32,000 bases of DNA from Deinococcus radiodurans R1 = ATCC 13939 = DSM 20539 (GCF_000008565.1 NC_001263.1:2323347-2355346); one strand, 5' to 3'; positions 10,101 through 18,749 are shown, numbered from the stretch's first letter. The notes: a model not told the origin generated them from the letters alone. Made by a program: numbers and translations.

Positions 10101-10781
10101 TCAGCCCTTCTTGGGCACCGGACGACGAATCGTCGCCACCCGCGCCTCGCTGCGGAGCGTGCTGGTAAAGAGGTTCCAGAGGTCGCGCGCCGCCTGCGGG
10201 TCACGGGTCAACTCCTCGAACTTGAAGTAGGCCACGTCACCGCCGCCGAGGTCGAAAGTCGGGGTGCCGAATACGCCGAGCGCCGCTGCCGCCTCCAGGT
10301 CGGCCCGCAGCTCACGGCGCAGACCAGCTTCGTCCTGACGGTCCTGCTTCCACTGGGAGAGGTCCAGCCCCGCTCGTGTGGCGGCGTCCTGAAAAGCAGC
10401 TTCGTCAAGGTCCCGCTTGTCCTCATGGTGCAGCCGGAACAGCGCGAGGGCAAAGGCCCAGCTTTTTTCTTCCCCCTGGCGGGCGGCGGCGTGGGCAGCC
10501 AGAAACGCGTTCAGGCTGGGGCGCTGGTACTTCATGTAACCGCTGCCCCCCTCGGCGCCCAGCGGCTGGTCGGTCAGCCACCACTGCACCGTCTCCTGGT
10601 CCTTGTTCTGCGGGTGGTTGCCCTGCACCAGCGAGAAGTGCCGCAGGCGAAAGCCCTCGCCGCTGCCGCGCAGGACGTGGGCCATCTCCACGCCGCGCCA
10701 GGCGTAGGGGCAGAGGAAATCGAAGTAGAGGTCGGTCGGCTGCGCGTCGGTGGGCTGCGCGTCGGTAGGCTGCGGGGTCAT
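10101..10781 (-). CDS. DsbA-like thioredoxin-fold protein (monothiol CPYA motif) with an N-terminal (A/P)QPTD x3 repeat
   Basis: MTPQPTDAQPTDAQPTDLYFDFLCPYAWRG...GVFGTPTF. TGcTAGCGT (rc of 10788-10796) lies 6 nt before the ATG. Its stop abuts the stop of the convergent gene. Confidence 0.7.
   Translation of the reverse strand: MTPQPTDAQPTDAQPTDLYFDFLCPYAWRGVEMAHVLRGSGEGFRLRHFSLVQGNHPQNKDQETVQWWLTDQPLGAEGGSGYMKYQRPSLNAFLAAHAAARQGEEKSWAFALALFRLHHEDKRDLDEAAFQDAATRAGLDLSQWKQDRQDEAGLRRELRADLEAAAALGVFGTPTFDLGGGDVAYFKFEELTRDPQAARDLWNLFTSTLRSEARVATIRRPVPKKG
10731..10775 (-). repeat. 15-bp in-frame tandem repeat x3 encoding (A/P)QPTD
   Basis: Plus-strand units GTCGGTcGGCTGCGC / GTCGGTgGGCTGCGC / GTCGGTaGGCTGCGg. 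The variable 7th base is the Pro third-codon position (CCG/CCC/CCT). Confidence 0.9.
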
Positions 10782-10829
10782 GAGCTGACGCTAGCACCTG
10801 CCGCCCGGCCCGCTGTCATGTTTCAGGCT

Positions 10830-10935
10830 TAGAGCATTTGACAGAAAAAGACACCCTCACCCCTCGCTGCGCGAGACCCTCTCCCATCAAGGTAGAGGGT
10901 CAAAACCAGAACGCATCATTTTGTCAAATGCTCTA
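10830..10935 (-). repeat. MITE-like small non-coding repeat, copy 2 (106 bp), inverted relative to copy 1
   Basis: See 5275-5401. Same TAGAGCATTTGACA termini. Sits between the DsbA-like gene start and the K+ channel stop (10940). Confidence 0.8.
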
Positions 10936-10939
10936 GGGT

Positions 10940-11902
10940 TCAAGACCGCCGCTCTACCGCTTCGACCTCGGCGGCGGCCCCGGCGACCAGCACGGTGTCG
11001 CCGGCCTGCAACACTTCCTGGGGGCGGCCCCGCAGCGCCTGCCCCCCGCGCCAGACGGCGACCACCAGCGCCCCGGTGCTGCGGCCCAGATGTTCGACGG
11101 TTTGCCCCACCAGCGCGGCGGGCACGTCCAGTTCGCGCACAGTGAAATGCTCGCTGCTCACGTCGCCGGAGAGCAGCCGGGCGAGGTGCGGCGCCAGCAT
11201 CATCCCGGCGATGCGGTTGCCGCTGAGCTGATACGGATTGACCCCCTCGTCGGCCCCGGCGCGGCGCATCTTGCGGGCCGCCGACTCGTCGCTGGCGCGG
11301 GCAATGACGCGCAGGCCAGGATTCAGACCTTTGGCCGAGAGCACCACGTACAGGTTGGCGGGGTCGCTGCTCAGCACCGACACCAGCGCGGCGGCGTGTT
11401 CGATGCCGGCGCGGCGCAGCACGTCCTCGTCGGTCGCGTCGCCGACCAGGGTGTAGAGCCCGTGCGCCTCCGCCCATTCGAGGTGCGCGGGGCGCTGGTC
11501 GATGACGACCACGGTGCGCCCGGCCCCGCGCAGCGCGGTGGCGACGGCCTCGCCCACCTGCCCGTAGCCGCAGACGATGGTGTGTTCACGCAGACTCAGC
11601 ACTTTTTTCTCCTTGCGCCGCCGCTGGGCGTCGGGGTCGGTCACGGAGCGCAGCACATACTCGGCGAGCAGCGTCAGCAGGTACAGCATCAGCCCGATGC
11701 CGAAGAGCATCAGCAGAATGGAAAACGCCTTGCCCGCCGGCGAGAGCGGGTGCACTTCGCCAAAGCCCACGGTGGTGAGCACCATTTCCGTCATGTAGAG
11801 GCAGTCGAGCCAGCTCCACCCCTCGGTCAGTCGGTAGCCCAGCGAGCCGAACGCCAGCAGCCCCAGCAGCAGGCCAGAGAGCAGCAGCGGCGAGCGGTTC
11901 AC
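10940..11902 (-). CDS. Potassium channel with RCK/TrkA-N and TrkA-C domains (MthK/Kch-like)
   Basis: Selectivity filter TTVGFGE. Rossmann motif IVCGYGQVGEAVATAL. C-terminal TrkA-C-like region. The track ORF runs to 11971, but GTG 11902 (VNRSPLLLSGLLLGLLAF...) overlaps the upstream gene stop as GTGA, and the extra 23 residues are Arg-rich and non-membrane-like. Confidence 0.8.
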   Translation of the reverse strand: MNRSPLLLSGLLLGLLAFGSLGYRLTEGWSWLDCLYMTEMVLTTVGFGEVHPLSPAGKAFSILLMLFGIGLMLYLLTLLAEYVLRSVTDPDAQRRRKEKKVLSLREHTIVCGYGQVGEAVATALRGAGRTVVVIDQRPAHLEWAEAHGLYTLVGDATDEDVLRRAGIEHAAALVSVLSSDPANLYVVLSAKGLNPGLRVIARASDESAARKMRRAGADEGVNPYQLSGNRIAGMMLAPHLARLLSGDVSSEHFTVRELDVPAALVGQTVEHLGRSTGALVVAVWRGGQALRGRPQEVLQAGDTVLVAGAAAEVEAVERRS

Positions 11903-12396
11903 CGCCCAAGTGTAGAAAACTTTCGCTCCCCGGCGTGTCCCAGGAGCAGCAGGGCGCCGAGCACACAGCAAAGAAACAGGCCCCGGTTCACGTCGCCATC
12001 CAGTTGAGCGGAGAGGAGTTCATCGAAAGGACCGTGCCGGTTGCCGTAAAGCTGCGGCAGAACACCAGAAAAAAAGAGCGCGAAGAACAGCGGCAACACC
12101 GCAACGGCCAGCCAGGGCCAGCGCCGAACGGTCCAGCAAGTCAGCCCCGCCGCGCAGGCCAACAGGGCCACGGTCTGAAGGATAAAAGCCTCCATCACAG
12201 CGGCGTGACCGGGCACCCGCACCGCCGACACCTGCGCCTCGTGCACGAAACCGCTCAACGAATAAGCCGGCAAGGCGAGCGCCAGCCCCGCCGCCACCAA
12301 GCTCCAGCCGCGCCTGCGGGTGCCCAGCCAGCCGAGCGCGAACCCCAGGAGCAGCGGCACAAAGAGCAGCGCCAGGAAAACGAGAAACACCAGCAT
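11899..12396 (-). CDS. Hypothetical polytopic membrane protein, coupled to the K+ channel gene
   Basis: MLVFLVFLALLFVPLLLGFALGWLG... with about 5 hydrophobic helices and high GC3. Start chosen at ATG 12396 because TACCTT (rc of 12403-12408) lies 6 nt upstream. The alternative GTG 12423 is the start used by the track. Confidence 0.55.
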   Translation of the reverse strand: MLVFLVFLALLFVPLLLGFALGWLGTRRRGWSLVAAGLALALPAYSLSGFVHEAQVSAVRVPGHAAVMEAFILQTVALLACAAGLTCWTVRRWPWLAVAVLPLFFALFFSGVLPQLYGNRHGPFDELLSAQLDGDVNRGLFLCCVLGALLLLGHAGERKFSTLGR

Positions 12397-12493
12397 GATC
12401 GCAAGGTAGGCTGCTCCGCGCACTGGGGCGTCCGCCGAAAGGTGCAGCGCGCCTCACCTTCCCTTGACCCATCCCATTCAGGGCCGCACCCTG

Positions 12494-12522
12494 TAGACAC
12501 TGGTTACGTCCTCCCATATACT
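12494..12522 (+). promoter_or_regulatory. Sigma-70-type promoter of the cinA-ligT-recA operon
   Basis: TAGACA (12494-12499), 17-nt spacer, TATACT (12517-12522). GGTGAGG Shine-Dalgarno-like at 12525-12531. ATG at 12537. Confidence 0.6.
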
Positions 12523-12534
12523 CCGGTGAGGTTG

Positions 12535-12551
12535 TTATGCTGCTAGCAGAA
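12535..12551 (+). promoter_or_regulatory. RDRM-like dyad (candidate DdrO operator) overlapping the cinA start codon
   Basis: TTATGC-TGCTA-GCAGAA. The arms TTATGC and TTCTGC (rc) are 5/6 symmetric with a 5-nt spacer. It resembles the 17-bp radiation/desiccation response motif (TTATG...CATAA type) known upstream of Deinococcus DNA-damage genes, including this operon. Confidence 0.6.
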
Positions 12552-13751
12552 ATCATCAGTGTGGGCACGGAACTGCTGTTTGGAGAAATCGTGGACAGCA
12601 ATGCCGCTTTTCTGGCCCGCGAACTGGGCGAACGGGGCGTCACGCTGCACCGCAAAACGGTGCTCGGCGACAACCTGGGCCGGGTGTCGGAGGGCCTTGC
12701 GCTGGCGCTCTCGCGCGCCGACCTGGTCATCGTGGGCGGCGGCCTGGGCCCCACCGACGACGACCTGACGCGCGAGGCGATTGCGGCGGTCATGCAGGAG
12801 ACGCCCGCCGAAGACCCCGAGCTGCTCGCGTGGCTGCGCGGCCTGTACGAGGCGCGGGGCCGCGTGATGCCCGAGGTCAACCGCAAGCAGGCGTGGCTGA
12901 TTCCGAGTGCCGAGGCGCTGCCCAACCCGGTCGGCACCGCGCCCGGCTGGTTCGTGCGCCGCCAGACCGAGCAGGGCGAGAAAATCATCGTGGCGCTGCC
13001 CGGCCCGCCGCGCGAGATGCACAAGATGTGGCGCGAGCAGGTGCTGCCGCGTTTGCCGCTGCCGGGCCGCGCCCTCGTCCACACGACGATTCACACCCAG
13101 GGCATCGGCGAGAGCAACGTGGCCGAGATTCTGGGCGAGCTGACCCGGCAGGCGAACCCCAGCGTGGCGACGTATTTCCGCAAGACCGGCGTGGACGTGC
13201 GCGTGGCGGCGAGCGCGGACACGGAGGCCGAAGCCCGCGCCCTGCTCGCCCCCGTGCTGGACGACGTGCGCGGCAAACTCGCCCGCTGGACCTGGGGTGA
13301 GGACGGCCAAACGCTGGCGGGCGCGGTGGGCCAGCAGTTGGCCGGACGGACCCTGGGCGTCATCGAAGCCGGGAGCGCAGGTGCCCTGTCGCTGCTGCTC
13401 GCCGACGAACCGGCCTTCCACGACGCCGCCGTGACGCAGGACCACCGCCGCCTGATTACGCTGGGCCTGACGCCGGTGACCCTTAAGGAAGCGGGACTGG
13501 TCAGCGAACAGGCCGCCCGCGAACTCGCCGCCGGAGCGCGTGAACACCTCGCCTCCGACGTGGGCCTGAGCGTGGTCGTCGGCGTGACGGGCGAGCGGGC
13601 GGGTCAGGCCTACGCCGCGCTCGACACCGGCACCCTGCAAAAGACCGTCACCGTCAACTGGCCCGGCGACCCCGAGCAGGTCCGCGAGCGCGCGGCGGTG
13701 GCGGCCCTCGGGCTCGCCTTCCGGGCGCTGGCGGCAGGGGGTGAGGGATGA
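12537..13751 (+). CDS. cinA: Competence/damage-inducible protein CinA (MoCF-like N-domain plus PncC-type NMN deamidase C-domain)
   Basis: MLLAEIISVGTELLFGEIVDSNAAFLARELG...VIVGGGLGPTDDDLTREA...LPGPPREM. Confidence 0.95.
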   Translation: MLLAEIISVGTELLFGEIVDSNAAFLARELGERGVTLHRKTVLGDNLGRVSEGLALALSRADLVIVGGGLGPTDDDLTREAIAAVMQETPAEDPELLAWLRGLYEARGRVMPEVNRKQAWLIPSAEALPNPVGTAPGWFVRRQTEQGEKIIVALPGPPREMHKMWREQVLPRLPLPGRALVHTTIHTQGIGESNVAEILGELTRQANPSVATYFRKTGVDVRVAASADTEAEARALLAPVLDDVRGKLARWTWGEDGQTLAGAVGQQLAGRTLGVIEAGSAGALSLLLADEPAFHDAAVTQDHRRLITLGLTPVTLKEAGLVSEQAARELAAGAREHLASDVGLSVVVGVTGERAGQAYAALDTGTLQKTVTVNWPGDPEQVRERAAVAALGLAFRALAAGGEG

Positions 13752-14448
13752 ACAAGCCCGAAAAAAAGCCGGGGAGCAGGGCCGCTCAGGCCGGGGCGCG
13801 GCCCTCTCGCCCGGCGGCCCCCCGCAAGCAGCCGGGCCGGGAGTCGGAACACCAACCGTCCACCTACCGTCTGTTTTACGCCCTGCGCGTGCCCGCCGAC
13901 ATCACCGCGCCGCTCGCCGAGGCGCAGGCCAAACTGCGCGGCAACTGGCGAGCGGTGCGGCCCGACCAGATGCACGTCACCCTCTCGTACCTGCCCGCCG
14001 TGCCGCCCGAACGGGTGGAAGACCTCAAGCGCCTCGGCACCCGGCTCACGCAGGACCTGCCACCGCTGCACGTCAACCTGCGTGGCACTGGCTACTTCCC
14101 GAACGAGGGCAGCCCGCGCGTCTGGTTCGTCAAGACCGAGGCCGAGGGCCTGACCGAACTCGCGGAAAACCTGCGGGCCGGCATCCGTGAGCTGGGCATC
14201 GGCACCGACGACCTCGCGTTCAAGGCGCACATCACCCTCGCCCGCAAGAAGGGGCCCGCGCCCCGCCTCCCTCCCCTCATTTTCGACCAGAGCTGGACGG
14301 CCCCAGGACTGACGCTTTACCGCTCGATCCTGCGTAAGACCGGCCCGATCTACGAAGTTCAGAGCACGTTCCGTTTCCGGGGGTCAGCTTCCCAGACCTC
14401 CGCCGAATCCGCCCCCACTGCTGCGCCGAGCGCGCCCCAGGAGCACCC

Positions 14449-14452
<4 letters not shown>
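13748..14452 (+). CDS. ligT: RNA 2',3'-cyclic phosphodiesterase / 2'-5' RNA ligase (2H phosphoesterase)
   Basis: Two HxT/S motifs (HVTLSYL and HITLARK). ATG 13748 overlaps the cinA TGA (ATGA). N-terminal basic extension. Confidence 0.9.
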
Positions 14453-15540
<1,088 letters not shown>

Positions 15541-15558
15541 ACCTCCTCTTGCTGCGTG

Positions 15559-15583
15559 CCCCCCGTCTGGGGGGTTTTGTTTT
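15559..15583 (+). terminator. Intrinsic terminator of the recA operon
   Basis: CCCCCC (15559-15564), loop GTCT, GGGGGG (15569-15574), then TTTTGTTTT. Confidence 0.8.
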
Positions 15584-15692
15584 CTCTGCGCCTTTTGGCG
15601 GATGCGCGGCGCGTGTCGGGGCGTCAGACTGTGTTCACGCTTCGGGCCGGGCACTCACTGTGGGCGCATCGACAACCGGCCCGAAGGCGAGT

Positions 15693-15724
15693 CCCCTGTC
15701 CGGGTGAAGACAGGGGAGTTTTTA
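15693..15724. terminator. Hairpin at the convergent recA / birA junction
   Basis: CCCCTGTC (15693-15700) / GACAGGGG (15709-15716), followed on the + strand by AGTTTTT. Lies immediately 3' of the birA stop (15722-15724) on the - strand. Confidence 0.55.
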
Positions 15725-16642
15725 CGTCTTGAGCTGCCCGACGAGTTGCACGTCACCCGCGCTGACCGTTTCCAGCCCCGCCGCCGTCTCCACCAGCAAG
15801 TTGCCCTGCTCGTCGAGGTCACGGGCCACGCCTTCCACCGTGCCGCGTGCCGTCGTCACCCGCACCGGGCGGCCCAGGGTCAGGCTGGTGGCTTTCCAGG
15901 TGGCGATGATGGCCGGGGCCGGTTGCGCCAGCCAGTGTTCGAGCTGAAACAGCACCTCGCCGAGCACGGCGGCGCGGGTCAGGTCCGGCACGCTCTCGTG
16001 CAGGTGGGCGGCTCCCTCCGGCGCGGTGCCCACATTGATGCCGATGCCGAGCACCGCCCGCCGCGCTTCCTCGCCGCGCAGGTCGGCTTCGAGGAGAATG
16101 CCTGCCAGTTTGCGGCCATCCGGGGTCAGCAGGTCGTTGGGCCATTTCAGGCCGCAGGGCACGCCGAGCGCGGTGCAGGCGGCGTGCAGCGCGACCCCGG
16201 CGGCAAGCGGCATCCGGACCAGGTCGGCGAGCGATAGGGCTTCGCGCAGCAGCACACTGAAGGCGAGAGTGCCGTGGGTGGTGTCCCAGACGCGGCCCCG
16301 GCGCCCGCGCCCGGCGGTTTGCCGCTCGGCGACCACCACCGCCCCGTGCGGCGCCGGCCCCCGCTCGCTGTCGGCCCAGAAGCGCACCTCGTCCTGAGTG
16401 CTGGTCACGGTGCCCTGATAGCGCAGCGCCCGCCCGAACTGCCCGCGCAGCGGCACCAGCCCCGGCGCGGGGGTGCCCGGTTCCAGGGCGTACCCGGCGC
16501 GGCTGATGAGGACCGGCACGCCGTCTTCCTGAAGGCGCCGCGCCAGGGTGTTGACCGTGACCCGCCCCAGGTCCAGCGCCCGGCCCAGGTCGTCTCCCGA
16601 CTGGGGGCGGTCGGTCAGCAGCGGCAACAGTCGGGCAGGCAT
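15722..16642 (-). CDS. birA: Bifunctional biotin-[acetyl-CoA-carboxylase] ligase / biotin operon repressor
   Basis: In frame with track ORF 15722..17146; ATG 16642. N-terminal HTH (GDDLGRALDLGRVTVNTLARRLQEDGVPV). Biotin loop QTAGRGRRGRVW. KWPNDL motif. TACCCT (rc of 16650-16655) lies 7 nt before the ATG. Confidence 0.9.
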   Translation of the reverse strand: MPARLLPLLTDRPQSGDDLGRALDLGRVTVNTLARRLQEDGVPVLISRAGYALEPGTPAPGLVPLRGQFGRALRYQGTVTSTQDEVRFWADSERGPAPHGAVVVAERQTAGRGRRGRVWDTTHGTLAFSVLLREALSLADLVRMPLAAGVALHAACTALGVPCGLKWPNDLLTPDGRKLAGILLEADLRGEEARRAVLGIGINVGTAPEGAAHLHESVPDLTRAAVLGEVLFQLEHWLAQPAPAIIATWKATSLTLGRPVRVTTARGTVEGVARDLDEQGNLLVETAAGLETVSAGDVQLVGQLKT

Positions 16643-16748
16643 GCGCCACAGGGTAACAGGGCACCCCCCGACCGGGGGAAGTGGGACCGGCCGCAGAATC
16701 GGCAGAGGGTAACAGGCGGCGCGGCCATCATCTGCTATAAGGAAAGGT

Positions 16749-17143
16749 ATGACGATGGTGCGGCAAACCAAGCAGCGGGCGGCGGTCATGGAGGTGCTGC
16801 GCACGCGCGCTCGCACCCCGACGCGGCGCAGGTCCACGCCCAGGTGCGTGAGCAGCTGCCGCATGTCAGTCTCGGCACGGTGTACCGCACCCTCGACGCG
16901 CTGGTACGCGACGGCATGGTCATGACCATCGAACGCGCCGGGCAGGCCACCCGCTACGACTACCGCCACCCCGGCGAGGAACACCACCACGCGGTCTGCC
17001 GCTCCTGCGGCGCCATCTTCGATGTGGAAGTGGCGGCCCTGCCCCAGCTGCCGAGCGGCGCCCTGCCCGCCGGTTTCGAGATCACCGACGTGCGGCTCGA
17101 ATTTATGGGCGTGTGCCCCGATTGCCGGCACGGCAGCAACTGA
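16749..17143 (+). pseudogene. Fur-family metalloregulator with an interrupted reading frame (apparent 1-nt loss near 16800-16817)
   Basis: Frame 1 from ATG 16749 gives a good Fur N-terminus, MTMVRQTKQRAAVMEVLRTRAR, then nonsense until TGA 16923-16925. The remainder (S)HPDAAQVHAQVREQLPHVSLGTVYRTLDALVRDGMV...HHHAVCRSCGAIFDV...GVCPDCRHGSN is in the frame of track ORF 16274..17143. TATAAG (16736-16741) lies 7 nt before the ATG. Confidence 0.7.
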
Positions 17144-17192
17144 CAACCCAGCGACGGCACCTGTCCCCCGGCCCCCGCGCTAGCCTCTGCCC

Positions 17193-17855
17193 ATGACCGT
17201 GCCTTCGTCCGAGCCGCCTTCGTTTCCCGAGTTCCGTGCGGAGGTGGCCTGGCCGGCTTTTTTGCTCGGCTGGGGACTGGGCGCGGCGCTGCTGTTCGGG
17301 GTGCGCGGGCTGGCCGACGCCCTGATCACCGACCCCTGCCGGGGCCGCACCCTGATTGCGCTGCTGGTCCCGCTGCTGCTGGGGCCGGGGGGCTTCGCGC
17401 TCGCCTCGCTGCACCGGGGAAGCATGAGCCGCGCGGCGCTGGGGCTGGGGCTGGTGGTCGCCTCGCTGTTTCCGGCGCTCTACGTGGGCACGCTCGACAT
17501 CGGCAAGCTGCGCACCACCGGCTGCGCGGGCGGCTACCTCATCCTGACCGGGCCGGACCAGAAGTCGGCCAGCCGGGTCGAACTCCGCGCTGGAGAGACG
17601 CGCGAGGTGCAGGGGCGCATCGGGGGCTACACCCGCGAAACCCACCCCGGCCCCTTCAACCTGGAAGGCAAAAGCAGCGTCCCGAGCATTCAGGTCGTCT
17701 TGCCCCGCAAACAGGCGCGGGTCGGTGAGACGTTCCCGGTGCAGATCACGGCGGCGCCCGGCACACCCATCAACACCTACACCGTCAACGTGATAGCGAC
17801 CCAGGGTAAGGGCGTGGGCGCCCCCGCCGCACTGGAAGTGGACGTGCGCCCCTGA
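17193..17855 (+). CDS. Hypothetical membrane protein (3 N-terminal TM helices plus a beta-rich C-terminal domain)
   Basis: High-GC3 ORF. WPAFLLGWGLGAALLFGV, LIALLVPLLLGPGGFALASL, AALGLGLVVASLFPALYV. TAGCCT (17181-17186) lies 6 nt before the ATG. Confidence 0.5.
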   Translation: MTVPSSEPPSFPEFRAEVAWPAFLLGWGLGAALLFGVRGLADALITDPCRGRTLIALLVPLLLGPGGFALASLHRGSMSRAALGLGLVVASLFPALYVGTLDIGKLRTTGCAGGYLILTGPDQKSASRVELRAGETREVQGRIGGYTRETHPGPFNLEGKSSVPSIQVVLPRKQARVGETFPVQITAAPGTPINTYTVNVIATQGKGVGAPAALEVDVRP

Positions 17856-17917
17856 AATAAGGGAGTTGCTGACTCCTTTCACTCGCGCGCACCTGTGACA
17901 GACCTCGCCGCCTCCGT

Positions 17918-18046
17918 TAGAGCAGTTCTCCGTATTACGCGTGCGTCGGAACAGCACCGCCACTCGCTCCATTCTTCGTCCTGCTCAGTGTTTTGTCCTC
18001 GCTCCGCTCGCCAAAATGCTGTGCCATCTTTTTGGCAAATGCTCTA
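17918..18046. repeat. Small non-coding repeat related to the TAGAGCA-terminus family
   Basis: Left end TAGAGCAGTTCTCCGTATTACG. Right end CATCTTTTTGGCAAATGCTCTA (compare GTCTTTTTCTGTCAAATGCTCTA in the 5275/10830 copies). Flanked by TA on both sides, like the other copies. Confidence 0.55.
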
Positions 18047-18056
18047 AGCTTGCTCG

Positions 18057-18710
18057 GTGGATTGGTCCGAGGTCATCACCCTGAGTTACCGGACATTTTT
18101 GACCATGCTGGTCATCATGGACCCGGTGGGCCTCGCGCCCATGTTCATCGCGCTGGCGCGCGACCGCCCCGCCTTCGAGAAAAAGCGGCTCGCCCTCAAG
18201 GCCACGCTGGTGGCGGGCGGCATCATCTTCGTCTTCGGGCTTTTCGGGCGGGCGCTGCTCGAACACCTCGGCATCAGCCTGAGCGCCTTTCGCATCGCCG
18301 GGGGCATCTTGCTGTTCATGGTGGCGCTCGACATGGTGTCGGCCCGCCAGAGTGCCACCCGCGAAACCCCAGAGGAAGAACGCGAAGCCCAGGAACGCGA
18401 GGACATCAGTGTCTTTCCGCTCGCCATTCCGCTGATTGCCGGCCCCGGCACCCTCGCCAGCATCATGATTCAGACGAACGCCGCGCACGGCAACCCGATC
18501 CTGATGTTCGCGGTGTTTCTGGTGACGGGGATTGTCCTGGCGCTGTGTTACCTCGCCCTGCGGCTGAGCAACCAGATTGCCAAGGCGCTCGGCCTGACCG
18601 GCGTCAATGTGGTGACCCGCGTGCTGGGCGTGCTGCTCGGCGCACTGGCCGTGCAGTACATCGCCGACGGCACCCTGGAACTGATGCGCGGCGGCTTGCC
18701 GCTGAACTGA
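18057..18710 (+). CDS. MarC-family (UPF0056) integral membrane protein
   Basis: GTG start. FLTMLVIMDPVGLAPMFIAL...FRIAGGILLFMVALDMV...ISVFPLAIPLIAGPGTLA. Confidence 0.85.
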   Translation: MDWSEVITLSYRTFLTMLVIMDPVGLAPMFIALARDRPAFEKKRLALKATLVAGGIIFVFGLFGRALLEHLGISLSAFRIAGGILLFMVALDMVSARQSATRETPEEEREAQEREDISVFPLAIPLIAGPGTLASIMIQTNAAHGNPILMFAVFLVTGIVLALCYLALRLSNQIAKALGLTGVNVVTRVLGVLLGALAVQYIADGTLELMRGGLPLN

Positions 18711-18714
18711 CGCC

Positions 18715-18749
18715 AAAACAAAACCCCCCGGACGGTGAGGTCCAGGGGG
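18715..18749 (-). terminator. Intrinsic terminator for the minus-strand Thr/Asp-rich gene
   Basis: On the - strand: CCCCCTGGAC / GTCCGGGGGG stem (18724-18749, one mismatch) followed by TTTTGTTTT (rc of 18715-18723). Confidence 0.7.

Noticed and set aside
12020-13640. Two ~355-365-aa minus-strand ORFs (12020..13084 and 12543..13640)
   Set aside because: Both are antisense or out of frame relative to cinA and the membrane gene. Ser/Arg/Ala-rich with no domains.
16274-16748. Upstream 158 codons of track ORF 16274..17143
   Set aside because: They are antisense to birA and to the intergenic region. Fur similarity starts only near 16811.
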